This document shows, piece by piece, positions 9,280 to 18,530 of a DNA stretch of 64,000 nt; the stretch's first letter is position 1; each line of letters opens with the position of its first letter. The translations under genes were made by a program, and so were the position numbers. Below the pieces are notes generated by a model. That model worked only from the letters and a program-made list of their open reading frames with translations. It made no database searches and was not told the DNA's origin. The stretch is from Bdellovibrionales bacterium. GTDB taxonomy: Bacteria; Bdellovibrionota; Bdellovibrionia; Bdellovibrionales; JAUICD01. The stretch spans positions 2,688,001 through 2,752,000 of the forward strand of contig OZ253553.1 of NCBI GenBank assembly GCA_965262715.1. Reading direction: 5' to 3'.

Positions 9280-10749
9280 TTACATCATTAAAAAAAACTT
9301 TATTGGTATTTTTACAATGCCTTGCTTTTTGAGATGCTCTATATCGGCACTCTCAGATATGATGACTGCATAGTCCCCAGATATTTTTTTTAAGGTTTTA
9401 ATTGACTGCTTACAATCTTTTTTCCCCATTCCAGTCTCCATAACAATCTGTTTTTTGTTATCAATTTGAACAATAAAATCTGCTCCGCCTTTTTGAGGAT
9501 CATATCTTATATTTCCTATACCCTTGGCAGTAAATTCACAGGTTAAATGCATTGCAACGATATCTTCTAAGTATTTGCCAAAATAGTTTAAAAATGTTGA
9601 ATGTTTTCCTGTTATTCCTAAAAATGCAGCTCTGATAGTAGGAGATGCAAATAAATATTTTGATGGTTTTGTGATTTTAGATGGATTAGAACCATAAGGC
9701 GCAACTTTAATGAGCAGTTCTGTCTGTTCTATAGCATCAAGAAGCTGTTGAATAGTTATTTTAGAAAATTTCATACGATCCGCTAATTTATGAACACTCA
9801 ATGTATCACTTGAAGATATAAGAAATAATAACGTATTGATGGCATTGAGAGTCGTTTGATTAAAAGATTTGAGGTGAGTTATGTCTTCTAAAATGATTTT
9901 ATTTATAACCTCTTGTATGGATCTGAATACATGAGAAGTATTTGATATTTCAAGAGTTGATGGTATAGTGCCTTTTTGTAAATAGTTTCTGATTTCTATT
10001 TTTGGTTTTTCTGGTATCTTGACCCAATATTTCTGCACTTCAGAGTTTAATTTTTTTAATTTTGTATACACCTCTTGACTGTTTTTAGAATAATAAACAG
10101 CTTCTTTGATTTTTTCTTTAAGCTTTGGGTTGGGGTGAATGTTTCTTCCAAGCATTTGATACTCTGTAAAACTGAGTGGATATAATTTTTCAGTAATAAC
10201 TCTTCGGCTAATATCTACATTGGCTTGTAAAGTCAAAGCTGAAGAGCCAGTACAACAGATAAAGGCTTTTTTAGTAGAATCATATATGGTTTTTAAAGTA
10301 AGGCCCCATTGAGGATCATATTGAGCTTCATCAATAAACAAAAAAACTTGATACTCTAATGTTTCAAAAGATTCTCCTAATATCTCTTTATAAGATTCAA
10401 TGACATCTAATAAGCTAAAGCCTCGTATTTTGAGATCATCAAGAGATATGCACAAAATGCGTTTGTTATCATCTACTTTTTCATAAATATGCAAAAATAA
10501 CTGTGACAAAACAGTTGTCTTACCAATACCCCTTAATCCAGGTATCAAAAACCATCTTTTTTCAGACTTTAATAAATAAAAATCATCAAAATACTTTTTA
10601 AGTGTAGGATAAATATGCCTCTTAGGGTAGCTTGTCTTATCCTGATCTGCTCTAACAACACTGTTTTTCAACCGATTGTATCCTATACTTAACTGTTGTT
10701 GCACATACTCTGTAACTTGACTTTTCATTGCACTCTCCCTCAAATCCAT
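9280..10749 (-). CDS. AAA+ ATPase (AAA_14/DUF4143-type) with C-terminal PD-(D/E)XK-like domain
   Basis: Walker A GLRGIGKTT, Walker B LFIDEAQ, TGSS, YPLSFTEY, C-terminal ADFIV...METG. Confidence 0.85.
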   Translation of the reverse strand: MDLRESAMKSQVTEYVQQQLSIGYNRLKNSVVRADQDKTSYPKRHIYPTLKKYFDDFYLLKSEKRWFLIPGLRGIGKTTVLSQLFLHIYEKVDDNKRILCISLDDLKIRGFSLLDVIESYKEILGESFETLEYQVFLFIDEAQYDPQWGLTLKTIYDSTKKAFICCTGSSALTLQANVDISRRVITEKLYPLSFTEYQMLGRNIHPNPKLKEKIKEAVYYSKNSQEVYTKLKKLNSEVQKYWVKIPEKPKIEIRNYLQKGTIPSTLEISNTSHVFRSIQEVINKIILEDITHLKSFNQTTLNAINTLLFLISSSDTLSVHKLADRMKFSKITIQQLLDAIEQTELLIKVAPYGSNPSKITKPSKYLFASPTIRAAFLGITGKHSTFLNYFGKYLEDIVAMHLTCEFTAKGIGNIRYDPQKGGADFIVQIDNKKQIVMETGMGKKDCKQSIKTLKKISGDYAVIISESADIEHLKKQGIVKIPIKFFLMM

Positions 10750-10774
10750 AGCTTATACATTTAAAATGTACCAG

Positions 10775-10868
10775 TTTTAGTATATTGTAATATATTAAAA
10801 ATATCAACTTTTAATATACTAAGATATACTAAAACGATTATTCTTTAGTATATTCTAGTATACTAAAA
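10775..10868. promoter_or_regulatory. Three tandem 26-bp palindromes (TTTTAGTATA-N6-TATACTAAAA) at exact 34-bp period
   Basis: Copies start at 10775, 10809 and 10843, directly upstream of the ATPase start. Confidence 0.7.
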
Positions 10869-11398
10869 ATACAAATTAGAATATGGTACTCAAGGCAATT
10901 CTTATTACAGAGCTAAAATGAGGGATTTTGTGGAGATGACTCTCATCATCTGAAGTCATGCTTCAATTTATCATAATAATTTGAAGTTATATCCCTGTGA
11001 ATTTAGGATTGTAAGAGAAAATGATATTTCTATAGAACTTCTCATAAAAATTATTGTAACATTAGAAAACAAAATATTTTTTGTTTAAATGTGTAGTTTG
11101 TTTCATTTATATATACAATTTAAATAAAGAATCACTTATATCTTACCGATAATTAAACATAGTATCTTTTTTAAATCACAAAATTCTTAACATCACAGTT
11201 TTTCTTCTACTTAACAAAAATAAATGAAAGGGCATTCAAAGTGAATGGCTTGTATAAAACAAAGCATACTTAGAAGCATTACTTTATGCCTATTCATATT
11301 ATTATGCTTACAGAAAGACTGCATATAGTGTGGATCTTGCTAGAAATATCCTAAAGATTGATGCTCGCTGAAACAAAGGTTCTGTAGCTTTTGTCATG

Positions 11399-11653
11399 CT
11401 AGGATAAAAGAGGGTCTAATTTACCTTGATCATCTAAGTTGGCAAGTTCTTGGAAGCCTCCAATAAACTTGTCATCAATAAAGATTTGAGGGACTGTTCT
11501 CATACCTGTTTGTTTTTGAAGTTTCTGAAAGTCTTCTATATTTTCATCAGTGAAGCAAATGTCTTCAAATGGTTGATTTTTATTTTGAAATAAATGTTTT
11601 GCTCTGTCGCAATAAGGGCAATAGGTTTTAGAATAAATTACCACTTTAGCCAT
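11399..11653 (-). CDS. grxC: Glutaredoxin 3
   Basis: CPYC active site, TVPQIFI, GGF. Confidence 0.9.
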   Translation of the reverse strand: MAKVVIYSKTYCPYCDRAKHLFQNKNQPFEDICFTDENIEDFQKLQKQTGMRTVPQIFIDDKFIGGFQELANLDDQGKLDPLLS

Positions 11654-11988
11654 AAATATCTCCTTTTTGAGTAGAATAACAGAATGACAGTTTTTTTGGC
11701 AGAGTTATTATTATGAGGCTTATCTTATATTATAATAAAAGTGTGACTTTTTATTCACATAGAGCTTTTAGCTTTTATTATAGATGTAGGTAGCTTATAG
11801 ATTGATTATTTCATATCTATTTTAAGAGTTGTCAATTTGAGTTATTTGCAATATTAAGTTTAAAGCTAAATCTAAATTTGATGAGATATATAATTTATCA
11901 TTTATTTATCATTTATTTTTTATAATATCTTTTGCATTTTTTGATAGAAAGTGATATAGGTGCAAGTTAGGTTATTAGGCACTTTACA

Positions 11989-13041
11989 ATGAGAGACAAC
12001 ATCTTAGATAAGAGATCACAATATAAAAAGGCAGGGGTTGATATTCAAGCTGGCGAGGAGCTTGCTGATTGGTTGAAAGACCATGTATCACAATCTGCTT
12101 CTAACAGGTCTGATGAACTTCAAAAACATCTTATATCAGGTATTGGAGGCTTTGCTTCTGTTTTTAGGCTTCCTACTGGTTATAAAAAACCTTGTTTAGT
12201 GAGCTGTACAGATGGGGTGGGCAGTAAGCTTCTCTTAGCTATTCAATCTGGTAAGTTTCGAAGCTTAGGGAAAGATTTAGTAGCTATGTGTCTTAATGAT
12301 TTGATTGTGCAAGGGGCATCTCCCTTATTTTTTCTAGATTATTTTTCAACGGGAAGGCTAGATATGACTTTGACTAAAGAATTTCTTTTAGGAGTCAATC
12401 TGGCTTGTAAGGAAGGGAGATGTTTGCTTGTGGGGGGTGAAACAGCTGAGATGCCAGGTTTTTATCCAAAAGGGCACTTTGACTGTGCTGGCTTTGCTGT
12501 AGGTGTTGTTGAAGAGGATCAATTGATTACCGGTGCGAACATGCAGGAAGGGGATTATGTTTTGGGTATTGAAAGTTCGGGATTTCATAGTAATGGTTAT
12601 TCTCTTTTACGTGAGATATTTAAACATGACCTTGAAAGTTATCTTGATCAGCTGCTTATTCCTACTAGGTTGTATGTTGAGCCTATTTGCAATCTTTTAA
12701 AGCAGAAGGTGGATATTCATGGTATGGCCCATATTACAGGTGGAGGTATGGACAATATCAGTCGTGTTTTGAAAAAAGGATTATCTTTAACTATAGAAGA
12801 TTGGGTATGGCCTCCTATTTATAAGGAGATCCAAAATCGGACAGGTATGGGTGTTAAAGAAGCCTTAAAAACCTTTAATTGTGGTATTGGTTACGTTTTG
12901 ATCATTCCGCCAAAATTCTTGAATGCCGTTCAAAAGGAGTTTGATCTTCATAAATGGAAATCTCGTCGTCTTGGCATTCTTAAGTTGAGTGATTATTCAT
13001 CTTTGCATTACAAACTTGACGAACAGATAGAAAATAAATAA
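11989..13041 (+). CDS. purM: Phosphoribosylformylglycinamidine cyclo-ligase (AIR synthetase)
   Basis: YKKAGVDI, TDGVGSK, DLVAMCLND, GGETAEMPG, HSNGYSL, AHITGGG. Confidence 0.96.
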   Translation: MRDNILDKRSQYKKAGVDIQAGEELADWLKDHVSQSASNRSDELQKHLISGIGGFASVFRLPTGYKKPCLVSCTDGVGSKLLLAIQSGKFRSLGKDLVAMCLNDLIVQGASPLFFLDYFSTGRLDMTLTKEFLLGVNLACKEGRCLLVGGETAEMPGFYPKGHFDCAGFAVGVVEEDQLITGANMQEGDYVLGIESSGFHSNGYSLLREIFKHDLESYLDQLLIPTRLYVEPICNLLKQKVDIHGMAHITGGGMDNISRVLKKGLSLTIEDWVWPPIYKEIQNRTGMGVKEALKTFNCGIGYVLIIPPKFLNAVQKEFDLHKWKSRRLGILKLSDYSSLHYKLDEQIENK

Positions 13042-13106
13042 AGCGATTAATTTTTATTTTGCTTAAGCCGACATATTTTTATGTCTATTTAAGTGAAGGG
13101 AAGATT

Positions 13107-13301
13107 ATGAACTCTCAAGAAAATCAATTACAAAATTTGACTAATGATTCTATTATAGCTGAATATCATTGTTGTTATCTTTGTGGTGAACAGTTGGTTT
13201 TTTCATATAAAACGGATGATTTTTACCAAAAGATTATTGAGCAATCAGTTTGTAAGAGTTGTGGTTTTAAGAGTAAACCAAAACAATTTAGCTTGCAGTA
13301 A
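13107..13301 (+). CDS. Small zinc-ribbon-like hypothetical protein
   Basis: CYLC...CKSC pair. RBS GAAGGG before ATG 13107. Confidence 0.55.
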   Translation: MNSQENQLQNLTNDSIIAEYHCCYLCGEQLVFSYKTDDFYQKIIEQSVCKSCGFKSKPKQFSLQ

Positions 13302-13361
13302 TACTTGGCACTTTAGCTCAAATGATTCTAACTTATTTGTAATGTAGTCAAGTTAGAGGAC

Positions 13362-13916
13362 TTACTCTAAAGGAAAGACATAAGTGGTTTGGAGTACTTT
13401 ATCTTTTAAAGTGTAAAACTCTATAGGATGTTTTTGAGTGATTAGGCCTTTAGTTTTGATGAATTTTTTAACTTTAGGATATACTTTCCAAGGGCTAATA
13501 GCAGGTGATCCTTTAAAATAAGCTATAACTGATTTTGTTTTAGGCAGTTTTTTGACATGATATATTGAAGGTATTTGTTTGGGAGTGTTATTTATGACAC
13601 AACCGGCATGGCTTTTTAGATATTGTGTTTGTATTTTTTCTGGATCACTTAAATACTCACCAAAGGTTGTTTGACAGTCATAGCCATTTTTCCATGCCCA
13701 TTTTTCAACTTCAGTAATACTTGAATTGATTTTATGATAAGCACCAGTATGATTTTTATAGATGAGGTACTTTGGTCCAAAAAAACTAATTTCTATAGAA
13801 ACGGTTTTAAATCCACCTAATCGTATGTAAATTACGAAAGCAAAACTACAGAGAGTTGTGATGCAGAATAAAATAATTAACATTATAATACTCTTTTGAT
13901 TATTTAATTTTTTCAT
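13362..13916 (-). CDS. GyrI-like small-molecule-binding domain protein with N-terminal membrane anchor
   Basis: TM segment, then HTGAYHKI...FGEYLSDP...FKGSPAISPWKVYP...PIEFY. Start is uncertain. Confidence 0.65.
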   Translation of the reverse strand: MKKLNNQKSIIMLIILFCITTLCSFAFVIYIRLGGFKTVSIEISFFGPKYLIYKNHTGAYHKINSSITEVEKWAWKNGYDCQTTFGEYLSDPEKIQTQYLKSHAGCVINNTPKQIPSIYHVKKLPKTKSVIAYFKGSPAISPWKVYPKVKKFIKTKGLITQKHPIEFYTLKDKVLQTTYVFPLE

Positions 13917-13992
13917 AACAAAGTTAATTAAAGGAAAAAAGTGTATAAGGCAAGGGCTTGCTTGTTTTGTAAAATCAGTTTTTAATAATTCA

Positions 13993-14490
13993 ATGGAATT
14001 GATCAAATATATTCAAAAAATCAAAATATTGATATGTGATTTAGATGGTGTTTTCACAGATGGTCGTATTTGGTTAGGTCCTGAGGGTCATTGGAGGCGC
14101 GCATTTTATGTACATGATGGTGTTGGTATTAAAAGGCTACAAAAAGCAGGTTATAAAGTGGCCATCATTACAATGTCTGATGCAGAGGATGTAAGAAAAA
14201 GAGCAGCTTATTTAGGTGTAGATTATTTTTACGATAAAGTTTTAGAAAAAGCCACACCTTATGCCGATCTATTAAAAAAGACAAAATTCGATACAAATCA
14301 GACAGCTTATATAGGTGATGATCTTCCGGATGTTCCTATTCTTCAAAAATGTGGTTTTAGCGCAAGTGTGCCTAATGGAATGGATGATGTAAAAAAAATA
14401 GTACATTATGTGACTAAAAGTCCAGGAGGAAGAGGCGCAGTTAGGGAAGTATGTGAACTTTTATTAAAATATGGTTATTATAGTAGGTAA
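13993..14490 (+). CDS. kdsC: 3-deoxy-D-manno-octulosonate 8-phosphate phosphatase (HAD)
   Basis: DLDGVFTDG, DGVGI, YIGDDLPD, GGRGAVREVCE. Confidence 0.92.
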   Translation: MELIKYIQKIKILICDLDGVFTDGRIWLGPEGHWRRAFYVHDGVGIKRLQKAGYKVAIITMSDAEDVRKRAAYLGVDYFYDKVLEKATPYADLLKKTKFDTNQTAYIGDDLPDVPILQKCGFSASVPNGMDDVKKIVHYVTKSPGGRGAVREVCELLLKYGYYSR

Positions 14491-14515
14491 GGTAGGGCTG
14501 TGAAAAAGGCAGGAA

Positions 14516-14675
14516 CGATTTCCTTAACATAATATAAAAAGAATGGGGGTATCTGTGTTACTAAAAATGAACGGATTTTTGAGACAGTCAGCATTTTCTG
14601 AAGACTTTGAGTCTTCAGGCCGACTGTCCAAAAACAGCCAGAGGCTTGCCTCGAGAGGCTGGTTCATTTTTAGTG
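14516..14675 (+). repeat. Structured repeat family 1, single unit inserted in the 5' end of the OMP gene
   Basis: CGATTTCCTTAACAT left end. Closing stem ACTAAAAATGAAC/GTTCATTTTTAGT; GACAGTCAGC/GCCGACTGTC; CTGAAGAC/GTCTTCAG. Confidence 0.85.
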
Positions 14676-15418
14676 TATATATACTGGTGATGTTTTGTTT
14701 TACAGGGCATATTTTTGCGCAAGATGATGTTCATTTGACAGATAAAGAGCTTGCAAGAGAGTCTGTCTTGCCAGTTATTGAGAATCCTCAATCAGTAAGG
14801 AACCGTAATGTGTCTAAGGCAGGTTCATTAAGTCTTTATCCTTTAGCTGGTGCTGTGGTCAATAATCCATTTTTCTTTAACTTAGCTTTTGGAGGAACTA
14901 TTGGCTATCATTTCAATGAATTTCATAGTATTAATTTACTTGGTGCTTATATGTATAGCACTTCAACAAAGTATGTGGATGATATTGTTAATAATGATGA
15001 GCTTACAAATGATGGAGGGGGTATTATTAGAAGTCATTTAAGGGAGTTTAAAAACTTTCCTAAAGTTAATTTGTTAGCACTTCTGATGTATGAGTTTTCT
15101 CCTTTGTATGGTAAGATGAGTTTTTCAAAAAATATGGTTTTAAATACTGACCTCGTACTTTCAGCAGGAGGTGGAACAATTATTTTTGGTGGTGGAAATT
15201 ACTTGCCTGCTTTTACTCTAGGGATAGGACAGAGGTTTTATTTTGGAAAGAACTGGGGGATTCGATTTGATCTTATGGGATTGATGTATCCTGGTCCTAA
15301 TTACACTTCTCTAAAAGGACCACCAATACTTGATAATAATGAATATACTTTAGAGAACTTTAATCGTCAGTTCACTTTTCACTTCTTATGTTCTGTAGGT
15401 CTTGTTGTTTTATTTTAA
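14543..15418 (+). CDS. Outer-membrane beta-barrel protein of the gliding cluster (GltA/GltB-like); N-terminus derived from the repeat
   Basis: SVRNR, GYHFNE, FSPLYGKMS, C-terminal aromatic beta strand (GLVVLF). First gene of the agl/glt cluster. Confidence 0.7.
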   Translation: MGVSVLLKMNGFLRQSAFSEDFESSGRLSKNSQRLASRGWFIFSVYILVMFCFTGHIFAQDDVHLTDKELARESVLPVIENPQSVRNRNVSKAGSLSLYPLAGAVVNNPFFFNLAFGGTIGYHFNEFHSINLLGAYMYSTSTKYVDDIVNNDELTNDGGGIIRSHLREFKNFPKVNLLALLMYEFSPLYGKMSFSKNMVLNTDLVLSAGGGTIIFGGGNYLPAFTLGIGQRFYFGKNWGIRFDLMGLMYPGPNYTSLKGPPILDNNEYTLENFNRQFTFHFLCSVGLVVLF

Positions 15419-15829
15419 GATGGTTTCTAAGATTTAAAATATATTTTTGTTAACATTTCCAATTTCTGTAAATAATATGATATATAGAAAACTTAAGATA
15501 AATTGGTGTTGATGATGGATATCAATAGATCCTTGTTGGCTGACACTAATGCCAGTTTGCCAGGCTACCAGATTCCAGAATATATGTTGTAAAATGCAAT
15601 ATCTATTTTTGAGACTATTTCTGCTCATATTTAATTTCTAAAGCTTTTATTAGATAGACTTTAGATTTTCTTTAGTTCTATAATAAACTTATGCTTGGTA
15701 TTTTAAAAGGTTATACTAGTAGAGTTATAGTCTAGATTTGCTTTATCTATTGTCTGGCTTTTGTTCACTCATTTCTAAAAATAGCAATACAATGTATATA
15801 AGAGGTCTTAAGAATCAGGGGATATTTTT

Positions 15830-16633
15830 ATGTTTCGTTTTTTATTTATTGTGGTTGCTCTTTGTTTTTGTTTAATTCAAAATTCCTTTGCACAATTATC
15901 AGATAGGGGACAAAGACGGGTAGTTGCTCAAAATCAACAAAGACCATCTTCTACAGATAATTATTCAGCAGAGGACCTAAGACAATTAGTTCTTTTTAAA
16001 GACATTGTTGTGATACAGAGAAGGTTTTTACCTAAGGTTTCACGTTTTGAATTTCATCCCAGTATTAGATGGATCATTAACGATCCTTTTCATTATCACT
16101 TTATGGGATTTGGTAAAATTGGCTATCACTTCAGTGAACCTTTAGGTATTGAACTTTTTGGTGGTATAGTATTTGGTCCTAATCGTAAAGTCACAAATGA
16201 TCTGCAAAGAATAAATATTCAAGTTAGTTCAGTGGTATTTCCTAAGTGGCTCTATGGTGCTGCAATTAAGTGGTCTCCTCTTTATGGTAAGTTTGGAGGA
16301 GTAGGTAATACTATTTTACCTTTTGATATGTATTTTAGTTTAGGGGGTGGTCTGTCCCACCTTGAAACAACAGTTAAACTTGAAGGAGATGAGGTATTCG
16401 CTTGTAATGCTAATGCTATTACAGTGAACATAGAAGCAGGTCAATTGATCCCCTTTTCCAAAAGCAGTGCATTGAGGTGGAGCGTTGGATGGTTTTTACA
16501 TCCTAAGATATTTGAATGGGAATGTGAAAGAGGGATTTCGTTAGGATCAGACCAAGCACCAAGGGGGTTTGTACAAGATATTTATCTTTCTTTAGGATGG
16601 AGTTTCTTTTTCCCTGGAGCAAAGTATAGATAA
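15830..16633 (+). CDS. Outer-membrane beta-barrel protein (GltA/GltB-like)
   Basis: Signal peptide, VIQRRFLPK, NDPF, WSPLYGK, C-terminal LGWSFFFP. Confidence 0.75.
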   Translation: MFRFLFIVVALCFCLIQNSFAQLSDRGQRRVVAQNQQRPSSTDNYSAEDLRQLVLFKDIVVIQRRFLPKVSRFEFHPSIRWIINDPFHYHFMGFGKIGYHFSEPLGIELFGGIVFGPNRKVTNDLQRINIQVSSVVFPKWLYGAAIKWSPLYGKFGGVGNTILPFDMYFSLGGGLSHLETTVKLEGDEVFACNANAITVNIEAGQLIPFSKSSALRWSVGWFLHPKIFEWECERGISLGSDQAPRGFVQDIYLSLGWSFFFPGAKYR

Positions 16634-16721
16634 TGAAATGAAATTTATATCTATAATTATGATTTATGATGCCGATATATAGTAAAAGATGATTTCATTT
16701 CATTCAATCTAGGATAAGGTC

Positions 16722-18356
16722 ATGATAAGACTGAAATTACAGTGGTTTATTTTTATTTTTGCTTATCTCATTATCGATGTAGATATACATTCCTTTTTAT
16801 CTGTGGATATTAAAACATCCTCATTTGGTATATCGTCATTGCAAGCACAAGAGCAAAAAAGAAGAAGAGTGAGAAGACGATCTCCAGCGTCTAGGCAATT
16901 AAATTCTGCGTTAATCTCAGCAAAACAAGGTGACTTTACAGAAGCGTCTCTCAAATTATTTAATTTACGTTCTCATCCTGATTTTAGAAATAGAAGAGGA
17001 AAAATTTATTATCTACTAGGACTTATGCTTTTTAAGATGGACTTGCATCAAGTATCAGCTTTTCAGTTCAGTGAAGTAATTAGTAGACAGGATAAAAAAT
17101 ATCTTCAACCTAGTATAGAAAAGCTTATTCGTTTGACATCTGAAATTTTAAATTCAGATGCTGTTTTAAATTATTCTTTAGGTAGAATTAACTTAAAAAG
17201 ATTTCCCAAAAAATATAGAGATCAATTGCAACTCCGTATTGGTGAAGCTCAAATAAAAAATAAACAATTCACAGAAGCTATTCGCACTCTTGGACGTGTG
17301 AATGAAGGTAGCTTTGCTTATCCAAAAGCAAAATATCTAGAGGGTTTAGCCTATGTAGAAAATGATCAACCAAAGAGAGCTTTTCGATCTTTTGCAAAAT
17401 TAGCAGATAGTAGATCTGAGCGACCAGTTAATGATTCTGTACGCACTACAGCTCTTATGGGAATGGCCAGAATGTCCTATCAACTTCAAGATTGGGATCG
17501 TGCAATAGAATTGTATAGACGTATCCCCAAAGACACAGAGCAATGGTTTGACTCTCTCTTTGAAATTACATGGGCACAACTTAGGGCAGCTAAATTGAGG
17601 TTTACATTGGGAAATTTCCATTCTTTGCATTCGCCTCATTATGAAGCAAACTATCAACCTGAATCTTTAATTTTAAGAGCTATTTTATATCTATATATTT
17701 GTCAATATGATGAAATGGGAAGAACATTAAGCTTTTTTGAGAAAGTTTATTTCCCTGCAAGGAAAAAGTTGAGAAAGTATATGGGTACTAATCCTAGTCC
17801 TAAAAATATTTATAAGGACTTTGATTTAGTGTATCAAAGTCATGCCTCATATCAAAGCCAAGAAAGTATGAAGATCCCTTACATTGTCGCAAAAAGCATT
17901 CTTAGAGAAGGAGATGTTAAGGATGGAATGTCCTATATCACACAAGTGAATGCGGAATTGGAGAAAGTCCAGAATATGCCGGATCATTGGCAGAACTCTA
18001 AACTTGGACGTTATGCTAAAAGGCTTTTAAGTAAGAGAATACAAAACGCTCAACTTACAATAGGACAGAACATTGCTGCCCATATGAGACGTATAAGAAA
18101 AGAACTAGCACAAATGATTAGTCAACATGGATTGGCTCGATATGAGATGTTGAATGCTAAAAAAGATACTCTTAAAACTAAAATTGCATTAAAAAAGAGC
18201 ATGGGAAAAAGCATGCAAGCTGAAAAAGGTAGAAGCTTTTATGTGCAAGGTGGTTATGAGTACTGGCCTTTTCAGGGGGAATATTGGCTAGATGAGCTTG
18301 GTAATTATTACTATTTAGGCGTCAATAGCTGTGAGAAATATGCAAAAAATAATTAA
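16722..18356 (+). CDS. gltC: Gliding motility TPR protein GltC-like
   Basis: TPR repeats, GNFHSLHSP, C-terminal YEYWPFQGEYWLDELGNY...C motif. Confidence 0.75.
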   Translation: MIRLKLQWFIFIFAYLIIDVDIHSFLSVDIKTSSFGISSLQAQEQKRRRVRRRSPASRQLNSALISAKQGDFTEASLKLFNLRSHPDFRNRRGKIYYLLGLMLFKMDLHQVSAFQFSEVISRQDKKYLQPSIEKLIRLTSEILNSDAVLNYSLGRINLKRFPKKYRDQLQLRIGEAQIKNKQFTEAIRTLGRVNEGSFAYPKAKYLEGLAYVENDQPKRAFRSFAKLADSRSERPVNDSVRTTALMGMARMSYQLQDWDRAIELYRRIPKDTEQWFDSLFEITWAQLRAAKLRFTLGNFHSLHSPHYEANYQPESLILRAILYLYICQYDEMGRTLSFFEKVYFPARKKLRKYMGTNPSPKNIYKDFDLVYQSHASYQSQESMKIPYIVAKSILREGDVKDGMSYITQVNAELEKVQNMPDHWQNSKLGRYAKRLLSKRIQNAQLTIGQNIAAHMRRIRKELAQMISQHGLARYEMLNAKKDTLKTKIALKKSMGKSMQAEKGRSFYVQGGYEYWPFQGEYWLDELGNYYYLGVNSCEKYAKNN

Positions 18357-18530
18357 TTAATAATTATTTAAAAAAAATTAAGAAAACACAGCTCAATATC
18401 CGAAAAAAATTAAAGACCTTCGGGTTAATGAATGCAAATTAGCTGAATATTTATTTGCTTCATTATCCTTATTTTCCTTTTATTAAAAAATAAGGTAAGA
18501 AATGAATCGGTTAATATGTAGAGGTAGACT

